The notes beneath the pieces are model-generated. The model saw only the letters and a program-made list of their open reading frames with translations, was not told where the DNA came from and did not search any database. From Bacteriovoracaceae bacterium (GTDB lineage: Bacteria; Bdellovibrionota; Bacteriovoracia; Bacteriovoracales; Bacteriovoracaceae), in the NCBI GenBank assembly GCA_018649885.1, contig JABIHA010000127.1, forward strand, positions 1 to 64,000: a stretch of DNA of 64,000 nt. The letters run 5' to 3'. Position 1 is the first letter of the stretch, and every line of letters starts with the position of its first letter. This document shows, piece by piece, positions 44,696 through 54,097 of this stretch. The position numbers and the translations under genes are program-made.

Positions 44696-45307
44696 TCATC
44701 CTTTTTTTAAAAAGCTGTAGATCATTGTGGTTAAATCTGAGGCAATCCCATCCGCATAACTTGTCTTGTCGTTATAGGTGATTCCAAATTTTAAACCTTT
44801 AATGGCATAGTGAAATGTGAATATAAATCTCTCCAGGTCTACATTTTCTCTAATTTGATCATGGTATTTATTTAAAAACTCAAGTAAGTGTTTTTTTACA
44901 ATTCCATCATGTTTAAGTGTGAAGGCGATACTTTTTAGAGTCATTGTGGATAGAATGATTTCTTTATTTAGCTTTGGCTTTTGTACATAACTACCAAATA
45001 TCAATTCTAATATTTCAGATATAGCTTCTTGTAGTGAATGGCTATCAGGCCCGATTTCATCTAATTTTGCTACAACTTCATCAACATCACTTTTAAATAT
45101 TTTTTCAACTACAACTGATAGAATTGCATTTTTGTTTGGAAAGTATTGGTAGAGAGAGCCAATGCTGACTCCTGCTTTTTCCACAATCTTATTTGTGGTG
45201 ATTTTCCCCAGGCCCTTCTCTGTTAAAAGCATTTTTGTGGCCGTAAGAATGGAATTTACAGTCATTTGTGATCTAGATTGTCGGGCTTTTTTTCTTGGTT
45301 TTTCCAT
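44696..45307 (-). CDS. TetR/AcrR family regulator
   Basis: AGVSIGSLYQYFPNK HTH. Confidence 0.95.
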   Translation of the reverse strand: MEKPRKKARQSRSQMTVNSILTATKMLLTEKGLGKITTNKIVEKAGVSIGSLYQYFPNKNAILSVVVEKIFKSDVDEVVAKLDEIGPDSHSLQEAISEILELIFGSYVQKPKLNKEIILSTMTLKSIAFTLKHDGIVKKHLLEFLNKYHDQIRENVDLERFIFTFHYAIKGLKFGITYNDKTSYADGIASDLTTMIYSFLKKG

Positions 45308-45324
45308 AATTTAATTTTAGTGAT

Positions 45325-46401
45325 TTAAATATTAACTTGGCCACCTTTGGGTATATCTAACGTTTGAGTTGGAAAAGCAAAAGCTAGTCCTCTATCATTA
45401 AACCTGGCTAATATCTCGAGATTTATATCTGTTTGGATTTGAAATATATCTTCACCCTTTTTAATATAATAAATAAGCAGAATACCTAAGGAGAAATCAC
45501 CCCAACTATTAAAAGATATTTTAATATCTTCTTCAGTATCTTTATTTTTTGAAATGATATCTTTTAATATGTCCATCGCTTCTTTCATTGAGTTTGAATT
45601 AGTATCATAGGTTAAACCAAGATTAATGATCACCTTTCTTGAAGGCTCCCAAGAGACATTTTCAACAATTCCACCAGCAAATTGTGCGTTTGGAATTGTA
45701 ACGATTCTGCCTTCAAGAGTCTTAATTCTTGTACTTCTTAATCCAATTTCCACTACAGTGCCATCTATATCAGAGATTTTTATGCGATCACCGATGCGAA
45801 AGGGTTTATCTACAAATACTGTCACTCCTCCAAAAAAATTTGAAACAGTATCCTTGGCGGCCATTGCAAAAGCTAACCCTCCAAGCTCCATTCCCGCAAT
45901 CAGAGCTCCAACATCAAATCCTGCATTATTCAAGGCCACAACGATGCCCAGAATCCAGATTCCTAAGTTTACAGTTTTTTTCACTACAGGGAGTAGGTGG
46001 TCGTCAAAATCATTATTTGTTTTCTCAGCTAAAGGAACCAAAAAAACATCAATAAATTTATCCATCGTCCTCACAACAAACCATGTGGCCATAAAAGTGA
46101 GAAATCCAAAAAAGACTCGGTCAATAAAAGTTTCTAAAACTTCAGGAAGCTTTAGTCTGGTTAGACCGATGTGAATTCCCCAGGCCACAATTGAGAAAAC
46201 AAAGGGCTCGTCTAGCATATCGAGGAGAATATCATCAACTTTTGTTCTGGTTTTTGCAGTGAAATTTTGCAGTATCCTTTTAATAAACCAAAAAATGGCC
46301 TTGCCCAATATCAAAGAAAGGACAACAATTCCTATACTCATTCCCCAGTCAGAAATAGTATTTTGATAAAATAATTTAGCGAAAAATTCTTTCATATCCA
46401 T
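45325..46401 (-). CDS. MscS-family mechanosensitive channel
   Basis: AAKDTVSNFFGG, PFRIGD.I, IGLRST and FAFPT motifs. Confidence 0.93.
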   Translation of the reverse strand: MDMKEFFAKLFYQNTISDWGMSIGIVVLSLILGKAIFWFIKRILQNFTAKTRTKVDDILLDMLDEPFVFSIVAWGIHIGLTRLKLPEVLETFIDRVFFGFLTFMATWFVVRTMDKFIDVFLVPLAEKTNNDFDDHLLPVVKKTVNLGIWILGIVVALNNAGFDVGALIAGMELGGLAFAMAAKDTVSNFFGGVTVFVDKPFRIGDRIKISDIDGTVVEIGLRSTRIKTLEGRIVTIPNAQFAGGIVENVSWEPSRKVIINLGLTYDTNSNSMKEAMDILKDIISKNKDTEEDIKISFNSWGDFSLGILLIYYIKKGEDIFQIQTDINLEILARFNDRGLAFAFPTQTLDIPKGGQVNI

Positions 46402-46628
46402 ATCATCAATTTAATGAGGGAGTTATATCGTTCCCATTGTAGTGTTCTGTTGTTTAATTTAAATGCATTATATAATTATCGGCTTTAATAGTCTAAACCT
46501 GTGATCTTTATGAGCCATTTTGGAAAGATTATTGACAGTTTTGGTCCACTACCCTAAGTAGCTCAATCAATTTTTCCTTAAAATAGTAAAAGAATCAGTA
46601 TACCATAAAAGAAAATAGGAGAATTAAT

Positions 46629-47159
46629 ATGAAGTTTGTTTGTATCGTAGTTTTATTTGCATCATTTAGTGTTTTCTCGAGTGAACTAATTTTAAAACAA
46701 AATGGAAAAATTATTAATAAAATTGATATTGTTTCAATCAAATCTGGGCAGTTTAGTAGTAATGGAAAATTTATTGGAAGTCTTGATAAAACTCTTTTCA
46801 ATGCATGGAGAGGATACGAAAGAACCTACAGGGGATATTCTTTCTATGAACTATTAGATGTTATTTATGGAGAAAATTGGAGAAAGGCCAAAACTATTTC
46901 GTTTTATGCACTAGATGGATATAAGCAAGTGGCCAACATTTCTAAAATGATTAGATCATCACATGGAAAACCTGGTTATTTGTCCTATACTGAAACTGGC
47001 AAGAAAGGTTTTTCAAAATTTAAAAGAAAGAACAAAATCGTTGATCCTGGACCACTATATCTTGTTTGGAGCAATTTTTCTGAGAGTGACAAAGCATCAC
47101 ATGGCGATACTCTTAAGTGGCCTTATCAGCTTAAGACTATTGAAATAAAAACTGAGTAA
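46629..47159 (+). CDS. Secreted hypothetical protein (possibly molybdopterin-oxidoreductase-like fold)
   Basis: Signal peptide, A.DGY, GP.YLVW and WPYQL motifs. Confidence 0.6.
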   Translation: MKFVCIVVLFASFSVFSSELILKQNGKIINKIDIVSIKSGQFSSNGKFIGSLDKTLFNAWRGYERTYRGYSFYELLDVIYGENWRKAKTISFYALDGYKQVANISKMIRSSHGKPGYLSYTETGKKGFSKFKRKNKIVDPGPLYLVWSNFSESDKASHGDTLKWPYQLKTIEIKTE

Positions 47160-47174
47160 CAACAGGGATAAATA

Positions 47175-48035
47175 ATGCCAATGAATGATTTACAACATGG
47201 AATTGACGCTTTAATGCCACCACAGATGGCAGAAAAAGCAGAGGCTTTGGGAGTTAAAAAAGCTCATCTAGCTTGGGACAAGGTTTTTGCACTGTCGATA
47301 CTCGCAGGTGCCTTTATTTCTCTTGGAGCTGTTTTTGCGACGACTGTTACAGCTGGAGGTGCAGGAGTTATCCCCTTTGGTATTTTAAAACTATTGGCCG
47401 GATTCGTCTTCTGCCTTGGACTTGTTCTGGTTGTTGTTGCAGGAGCTGAGCTTTTTACTGGAAATAATTTAATCGTTTTGGCCTGGGCCAATGGAAAAAT
47501 AACATTTTTGCAGGTTTTAAAAAACTGGGTGATCGTGTACATCGGTAACTTTGTTGGATGCATACTTACTGCCATTGGAATTTTTCTTTCTGGGCAATAT
47601 AAATTTGGACAAGGAATTGTTGGTGTTAATATTTTGAAAATAGCAAATGTAAAAACAAGCTTGGATTTTGTAGAAGCTTTTATGCTTGGAGTATTTTGTA
47701 ATGCACTGGTTTGCCTTGCTGTTTGGCTAACGCTTAGTGCGAGAAGTACTACGGATAGAATTCTTGCAGTGATATTTCCTATTACTGCATTTGTGGCTGC
47801 AGGTTTTGAGCATAGTATTGCTAATATGTACTTTATTGGCATTGGGCTTTTGGTTAAGTTTTATGCTGGAGCTAAGTTTTGGGCCATGACTCAGTTAGCG
47901 GGTGATTCATTTGAGAGTTTGAATATGGTGAATTTCTTTTTGGTGAATTTGGTTCCGGTTACGCTTGGGAATATTGTGGGGGGGTCTGTTATGGTTGGGT
48001 TGATTTATTGGGTGATTTATATTCGTAAGTCGTAA
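47175..48035 (+). CDS. focA: Formate/nitrite transporter FocA
   Basis: GAELFTGN, CNALVCLAVW, FEHSIANM, TLGNIVGG. Confidence 0.92.
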   Translation: MPMNDLQHGIDALMPPQMAEKAEALGVKKAHLAWDKVFALSILAGAFISLGAVFATTVTAGGAGVIPFGILKLLAGFVFCLGLVLVVVAGAELFTGNNLIVLAWANGKITFLQVLKNWVIVYIGNFVGCILTAIGIFLSGQYKFGQGIVGVNILKIANVKTSLDFVEAFMLGVFCNALVCLAVWLTLSARSTTDRILAVIFPITAFVAAGFEHSIANMYFIGIGLLVKFYAGAKFWAMTQLAGDSFESLNMVNFFLVNLVPVTLGNIVGGSVMVGLIYWVIYIRKS

Positions 48036-48112
48036 TGATAGCAATCTACCAAAAATCACCCCAACCCCACCTCCTCAGTCACAAAAACTCGAACCTTTCA
48101 TATTGTGTATAG

Positions 48113-48520
48113 TTAATTCGATGCTTGGTTCATCGTTTGCATGCAATTTCCATGGTAACCCTGCATTTGATCCATCATATCCATCATCATGTCATGCATT
48201 TGTCCCATATTTTCATTGCTCATCATACCCATACCCTTATCTTGTACCATTACTTTTTCGTCCATCATGGCCATGCCTTTTCCACCCATCATGGAGCTCA
48301 TCAGCTTCATTTGGCTTTGCATATTTTTCATGTGTCTTTCCATCAGTTGTTGTTTCTTTTTTGGATTTTTAGTTTTAGATATTTGATCCATCATTTTATG
48401 CATTTGATCCATCTTTATTTGCATTTTAGACATATCCATATTATCTGGCTTATTTTTTGCAAAAGAAAGGATAGTGGTCATCGAAATTACAATCAGTAAT
48501 ACAAGTGTTAGTTTTGACAT
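48113..48520 (-). CDS. Secreted Met-rich protein (putative Cu/Ag binder)
   Basis: GGAGG RBS, signal peptide, 33 Met in 135 aa. Confidence 0.8.
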   Translation of the reverse strand: MSKLTLVLLIVISMTTILSFAKNKPDNMDMSKMQIKMDQMHKMMDQISKTKNPKKKQQLMERHMKNMQSQMKLMSSMMGGKGMAMMDEKVMVQDKGMGMMSNENMGQMHDMMMDMMDQMQGYHGNCMQTMNQASN

Positions 48521-48710
48521 AATGTATTCCTCCGTTTAAATGTTTGAAAATCCCATCGGGGAGCTTTTGTCCTCTTTATCATATATTCAGAAATATTTTT
48601 TAAATAAATGGAGTTAATTCTACTTAAGAAACTGACATGGTTTTGCGATACCATTAAATTTGACCAGTGTTTGTTTATATAATGATATACAATAGTTTAT
48701 AAAAGGAGCG

Positions 48711-49169
48711 ATGGTGAAATATTCTATGAGTGATTGGCTTGAATATAGCAAAAATTTAATAATAATAAGTACCACTGCTCTATTATTTCATTTAGCATGG
48801 GAGTATCTACAGTGTGGTCCCTTTTTTATCCATATAAACCTTGTACCTACTCACTTTGATATGCTGATAACATCACTTGGAGATGTTGTAATAACTATGA
48901 TTGCTTATTTTACGATTAGTTGGTTAAGTAAAAGTTTTCATTGGATTACTAAAGCTTGGGATCGATGGCATTGGTATGTGATGATTTCTATGGCATTAAT
49001 AATCAGTTTTTCTATAGAGTTATTTGCAATCCGTACTAATAGGTGGGCATATACTGAAATTACACCTCTAGCATTTGGACAAATCTCGCTATTACCTGTT
49101 GCTCAGTTGCTAATTCTCTTTCCTGTTACATTTTATTTTTCAAAAAAAATCATTCAAAAATATAGCTAA
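48711..49169 (+). CDS. Hypothetical 4-TM membrane protein
   Basis: AGGAG RBS; WE..Q, GD, E......RW.Y...P motifs. Confidence 0.75.
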   Translation: MVKYSMSDWLEYSKNLIIISTTALLFHLAWEYLQCGPFFIHINLVPTHFDMLITSLGDVVITMIAYFTISWLSKSFHWITKAWDRWHWYVMISMALIISFSIELFAIRTNRWAYTEITPLAFGQISLLPVAQLLILFPVTFYFSKKIIQKYS

Positions 49170-49193
49170 CTTGGATAGCTAGTTTCAAAATTA

Positions 49194-49812
49194 TTATCTT
49201 GTCTGCTTTCTAGCAATGCCTTTGTACATGAAAATAATTTTAGGAGACTTTTCTAGTTGGAATTTTTTAAGTTTTTCTAATTTAAAGCCTGTATTACGCA
49301 GCTCTTTTTCTATATCGATAGTTAATTGGCATCCAGCTCCAACAATCTTTTGAAAGGGGTTCAGCATTCTTTGTAAGCGAGCGACTGAATTATTACTGCT
49401 TAATCCATGATCCAAAAAAAAAATGGCCATCTTGCTTTAGGACTCTCTTAATCTCACTGAGAGCTTTTGAAAGCTCAGGAATACTACATAATGTAATTGT
49501 ACTAACTACAGTATCGAATTGTTCGTTCTCATAAGGTAGATTTTCAGCGCCAGTTTGTTCGAAATGAACCTTGATTTTTTGTTTTTCTAATTTCTTGTTT
49601 AACTGTTTAAGCATTCCAGGGCTTGGGTCAATGGCCCATAATTCGTTTATATTGTCTGGGTAAAATTCAAGATTTTTACCTGTGCCAATTCCAATTTCTA
49701 GGATTTTCCCCGACGCAGATTTGAGGACTTTTTTTCTGTAATTATCAAAAACTCCAGTGCCTAGGATAAAGTCGTAAAGTTTGGGGAAAATGATTTCGGA
49801 GTATAGTTTCAT
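49194..49812 (-). pseudogene. Class I SAM methyltransferase frameshifted in a T10 run
   Basis: LEIGIGTG...EIKRVLKQDG in one frame and LDHG...GCQL in another; A10 at 49414-49423. Confidence 0.85.
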
Positions 49813-50008
49813 GGTGATTGGATTGTAGCTTAGAAATTGTGGAATTGCATTTGGGGTCGAGTACTGGGGCGCTGGGTTTTGGTGAACCGAGTTTGAGCGG
49901 TATTGTTGGGGGCTTTGTTCTTGGGGTTATAAAGTGTCACCCATCTCCCCGAATTCTACATACGGGCCAAGGAAACTAGCTCAATATGCTGGTGTGATTA
50001 ATTAAATA

Positions 50009-50085
50009 TGGTCGGACAGACTGGATTCGAACCAGCGACCACTACTCCCCCAGAGTAGTACGCTACCAGACTGCGCTACTGTCCG
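50009..50085 (-). tRNA. tRNA-Pro(GGG)
   Basis: CGGACAG acceptor stem, CTACT-CTGGGGG-AGTAG anticodon arm, TTCGAAT loop, encoded CCA. Confidence 0.96.
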
Positions 50086-50159
50086 ACTGAATTTTTGAGG
50101 GACCGCCATAGTACCCGCCGCCCAATTTTCAGTCAATGATTGTTCTGCTAAAAGAGGGT

Positions 50160-50759
50160 ATGAATGAATTGAAAATAAGAGATTTTGACAATACTTTGGT
50201 GGCCCCAGCAAGAAACGAGGCGCCTAACTTACCAGAAGGTGGAATTGATCTTGAAATTGGCTGTGGTGTTGGGCTCCATCCCCTACAGTATTGTGCAAAG
50301 CATCCTGAAAGATTTCTGATCGCCATTGAGAGAACAAGTGAGCGCTTTTCGAAATTTGAAAGAAGAATAGGTACTCACAATACTCCAGAAAACTTGCTCG
50401 CCATAAGAGATGATGCCATATCATATATTACTCACAATCTTCCACTTAACAGTGTTAATCGCGTTTTTCTCCTCTACCCTAACCCTTACCCAAAAACTAG
50501 ACACCTAAACAAAAGGTGGCATGCTATGCCCTTTATGAGGCAACTTAAAAGTGTACTGAGAAGTGGGGGAGAAATCGTTTTGGCCACTAATGAAAAGTTC
50601 TATGCTGATGAGGCCAAAAAATATATGTGTTCGTACTGGGGGTTTGAGTTAGTGGAAGATGTGGAGCTTGCTTTTGACTTCCTTGGAAGAACTCATTTTG
50701 AGAGAAAGTACCTGGAGAGAAAGCAAAGTTGTTACAACTTGATTTTTAGGAAGCTATAA
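50160..50759 (+). CDS. TrmB-like tRNA (guanine-N7) methyltransferase
   Basis: LEIGCG.G, YPNPYPK.RH and THFERKY motifs. Confidence 0.8.
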   Translation: MNELKIRDFDNTLVAPARNEAPNLPEGGIDLEIGCGVGLHPLQYCAKHPERFLIAIERTSERFSKFERRIGTHNTPENLLAIRDDAISYITHNLPLNSVNRVFLLYPNPYPKTRHLNKRWHAMPFMRQLKSVLRSGGEIVLATNEKFYADEAKKYMCSYWGFELVEDVELAFDFLGRTHFERKYLERKQSCYNLIFRKL

Positions 50760-51887
50760 AATTGTATTGTGCTGGAGAAGTTTTAAAAGATTGTCTTTTT
50801 CTTCTTTTGAAAGTGATTTTACATAATTTCCCAGCAGTGATTTGAGAGAATCTTGACTCTTTGTTTTAGGAACCACAATCCATGACCAGATATTCATAAA
50901 TGACTGTTCCATCTCTCCTGGTGTATCTTGGAATTGGTCTTGTATCTCACTACCTTGATCAATTAGATCCCAAAGAGTAGTTGTCACTCTACCTGAAACG
51001 CTTTCTCCTTCATGCCAATCACTTCCACTGTGCTCCCAGCCGAAAGTACTGCCATCAAATAAATATGTGGTGCTTGATTGACTTATGCCTAGAGAGAAAA
51101 ATCTAGCGGTTCCATTAATGTATGCACACTTAGGTGACCAAACAAGGTGGATGGGGTGATTAATTTTGCAAGACTCGTATATCCCCGCATTATCTAGCAG
51201 TGCAAATGCATAGTAGTAGTTGATAATGTCTTTGGCCTTAATGTAGCTATGTGGAACAAACACTTGTTTAGTAATACTGTCGTAGCCAATTCTTTTTGTG
51301 AGACCTGGATACCAAGTGACATTGATTCCACCAAAAGCTCCATGGTTTTTGAGCCCTACTACTTTTGAATTCTTTAATCTATTTCCAATTTCAACTAGAT
51401 CAGAGGTTAGCCACCAAGCTTCTACTAAAGGAGAGAAATCTAGGATGAAGGACTTAAAGAAATCTGATTCTACCAAGAGGTTTTCATTTCCTTTTTTAAT
51501 TTCATGCCATCCTATGCTGTAGGCGTATGGGGACCTATTTCCGGAGAGGTCTGCCTTACCCACAACCTGGTAATGTTGAAGGCCTGTGCTTGGAAAATAC
51601 ATCACTGATTTGGAAAGGATCTCGATGGTGATCAAGGATTTACTCGCCATAAAACGATCGTCTAGTGATAAATAAAAGAAGCCGCTTTTATCTGTGATAC
51701 CTGTAGCGAGAGTGTGGCCAACTTTATTTTTTGCCATGACGACCATTTGTCCCATGGGTTGCCAGGTGTAATTTCTTGAAGGTCCGATAACTTCGCGAGG
51801 AATAATAAGAAAACGCCCGCTTACCGAAGTCGCGCAGTGAGCAAATGTAGAAGCAAATACTAGAACTAAAATAAATGCATACTTCAA
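50754..51887 (-). CDS. Hypothetical secreted protein
   Basis: 377 aa ORF with signal peptide. Confidence 0.7.
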   Translation of the reverse strand: MKYAFILVLVFASTFAHCATSVSGRFLIIPREVIGPSRNYTWQPMGQMVVMAKNKVGHTLATGITDKSGFFYLSLDDRFMASKSLITIEILSKSVMYFPSTGLQHYQVVGKADLSGNRSPYAYSIGWHEIKKGNENLLVESDFFKSFILDFSPLVEAWWLTSDLVEIGNRLKNSKVVGLKNHGAFGGINVTWYPGLTKRIGYDSITKQVFVPHSYIKAKDIINYYYAFALLDNAGIYESCKINHPIHLVWSPKCAYINGTARFFSLGISQSSTTYLFDGSTFGWEHSGSDWHEGESVSGRVTTTLWDLIDQGSEIQDQFQDTPGEMEQSFMNIWSWIVVPKTKSQDSLKSLLGNYVKSLSKEEKDNLLKLLQHNTIL

Positions 51888-52070
51888 AAAAAAGACCCCC
51901 GATTTGGATTCCGAACATACCTTGCCAGTGGGTCAATGTCATCCAAAAAGGAATCATGTTTTACTCTATGTGGTTGAAAATAGGGACGAAAAATACCTGA
52001 CGAAAACACTAAGGTTTATTCGGTAAGCGTCCGAAAGGCCTTGTGAACAATTTGTATTGAGGAGTGTGTT

Positions 52071-52499
52071 ATAAAAATTAGTGATGAGCTCAAAGATTTA
52101 CTTCCCTGTGCAATGCCAAAGTTGGCCTTGAAGACGGCCAGGTTAGCTCAGCTGTGTAGCTCACTTAGAAAAGATGGCTACCGCATCGAGCTGTTCCACG
52201 ACTTTAAGCATGAAGTTCATTCTTTCAAGGAGCTTGGTAGTCTTTTTGGCATTGAGTTTGTGACAAATATTACTCACTACCTCGAAGATTACACTCAATT
52301 TATGATGACTCTACCTATGCCCTCAAAAGATCATCAATATCATCTTGAAGGCTATATTGAGCTACTTCTGGACTATGTTGCACAGATCGCTATTGGAATT
52401 GATTTCGACACAGGTATTTGGGTCACTGAGTTTCACCAGCACTTAGTCAAAGAAAATATGTTGCGCGAAAATAGAGAAGTTGCTAGTTGTAGTAAATAA
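52071..52499 (+). CDS. Hpt-like helical protein
   Basis: FKHEVHSFKELGSLFG resembles the Hpt H-box; GAGGAG RBS points to ATA at 52071, first ATG is at 52113. Confidence 0.55.
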   Translation: MKISDELKDLLPCAMPKLALKTARLAQLCSSLRKDGYRIELFHDFKHEVHSFKELGSLFGIEFVTNITHYLEDYTQFMMTLPMPSKDHQYHLEGYIELLLDYVAQIAIGIDFDTGIWVTEFHQHLVKENMLRENREVASCSK

Positions 52500-52520
52500 A
52501 TCTCTATCCTTTGAGCGCTG

Positions 52521-53216
52521 ATGAAAAAAAAAGTCGCAATCGCAATATTTGTAAAAACCCCCAAATTTTCATCTTGTAAAAGTCGCTTGGCCAAAACAAT
52601 TGGCACTAGTGCTGCCGTTAAGTTTCATTTATTCTCCTCAAATATTGTGGGAGAAACAGTATCTAGTGTGACTCAGGCCCAAGGGTTTTGGTCAATCGCT
52701 GAGCTTGAAGCAATGGATGGCGAATACTGGGGTGGTGGATTAAAAAAAATCCATCAAGGAAAAGGATCTTTAGGGGAGAGACTGGATAGAGTTTACCAAA
52801 CTCTGTCACAAGACTTCGAAAAAGTGATCTTCCTTGGAGCTGATTGTCCACAAGTTGAAAAATCTCAAATCGATCATGCCTTAAAAAAACTTGAAAAAGC
52901 TGATTTTGTATTTGGTCCTTCAGAAGATGGAGGTTTTTATCTATTTGGTGGAGCCGCGCCCATCTCTAGAGAAATTTGGAATGAAACTCGCTACAGCGAA
53001 AGTGACACCTTAGCTCAAATTTCCAGAAGCTTAAAATCCATTGGTAGTGTTGAGATTATTGAAAGTCTATTTGATGTAGATCATTTTGATGAATTTAAAA
53101 AATTAGGCACTGCTCTAGGAAGCTTTCAAAACTTGACTCCAAAAAAGAAAGAGTTACTTAATTTTATTGATCACTTAGTTGAAGAGCAGGAAGCTCCTCC
53201 AAGTACACAAAACTGA
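52521..53216 (+). CDS. TIGR04282/DUF2064 family glycosyltransferase (arsenosugar-associated)
   Basis: KSRLA, QG.G.LG.RL, GADCP, GPSEDGGFYL and DVD motifs. Confidence 0.9.
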   Translation: MKKKVAIAIFVKTPKFSSCKSRLAKTIGTSAAVKFHLFSSNIVGETVSSVTQAQGFWSIAELEAMDGEYWGGGLKKIHQGKGSLGERLDRVYQTLSQDFEKVIFLGADCPQVEKSQIDHALKKLEKADFVFGPSEDGGFYLFGGAAPISREIWNETRYSESDTLAQISRSLKSIGSVEIIESLFDVDHFDEFKKLGTALGSFQNLTPKKKELLNFIDHLVEEQEAPPSTQN

Positions 53217-54097
53217 GCGCAAAACTTGTGGGCCAGATGTACTCTTGATAGAGACTCTTTAAGTGAATATCCCATCTCAAATTTGGGGTCATATGCTAGG
53301 AGTGTACAAGGCATAACCACTATTCGTGATTCTCCCTTTTTCTTAATGACCATCCTCTGTGTTGCACACATCTGATCTTCTGGTCTTTTACCGAGTATAC
53401 TCCAGCAACCAGTACTTATTTCAGGGACATTTTTTTGTAGATCCATCTCGGGGAAGATCACCAACTTTTTCTCGATATCAATACTTATACCATGAGAATT
53501 TAATAATCTTTGGTAGCTGCATTTTGCATCAGTACTAGTTTCTTCTTTGAGAGATCTTCCAGCAATTGAAATATTAAATCGGCTCACAAATAACCACTCA
53601 ACCATCTTTAGACACGAATCAAATGTGCCTTGCCCTCTTTCCTTCTCATGCAGTTCTTTTGTATGGTGATCAAGTGATATCCTGATATGCAATTTGTCAC
53701 TATAGCGTACTAACAAACTTAAAAGAGCAATTTTGTGCCTTTCTAAAACTCTGTGAGCATTGGTCAGCACTAGTACTTCGAATCCACGGGATAGAATTTC
53801 TTCTAAAATTTCTATGATTTGTGGATTCAAAAATGGTTCACCGCCGGTTAAACCTATTAAATTTGTGGTCATCTGATTTTCTTTGATTTCGTCAAGAAAA
53901 GGTGTGATATCTTTTGTTTCAATGAAAGACAGCCTGTCATTGCTAGGAGAGGATTCAATATAACAGTTCTTGCAGCTAAGGTTGCATTTTGTGCCAGTAT
54001 TAAACCAAAGAGTTTTTAGTAGCTGAAAATCAACAAAGGCCCTTTGTTTCCCACATACTGTGGACTCTGGGTTTTTAAAGTAGAGGTTAGTATCCAT
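53171..54097 (-). CDS. Radical SAM protein (ArsS-like paralog)
   Basis: CNLSCKNC, TGGEPF, C-terminal Cys cluster; likely start MDTNL at 54097. Confidence 0.88.
   Translation of the reverse strand: MDTNLYFKNPESTVCGKQRAFVDFQLLKTLWFNTGTKCNLSCKNCYIESSPSNDRLSFIETKDITPFLDEIKENQMTTNLIGLTGGEPFLNPQIIEILEEILSRGFEVLVLTNAHRVLERHKIALLSLLVRYSDKLHIRISLDHHTKELHEKERGQGTFDSCLKMVEWLFVSRFNISIAGRSLKEETSTDAKCSYQRLLNSHGISIDIEKKLVIFPEMDLQKNVPEISTGCWSILGKRPEDQMCATQRMVIKKKGESRIVVMPCTLLAYDPKFEMGYSLKESLSRVHLAHKFCAQFCVLGGASCSSTK

Noticed and set aside
48103..48499. His-rich plus-strand ORFs
   Set aside because: Antisense shadow (CAT) of the Met-rich gene, which has the RBS and signal peptide
46600..50009. Integrative island at the tRNA-Pro 3' end
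   Set aside because: Content looks accessory, but no integrase or duplicated tRNA 3' end was found
52006..52012. ACACTAA as a fifth ECF promoter (also at 58579)
   Set aside because: No TGTMAC at the required distance upstream
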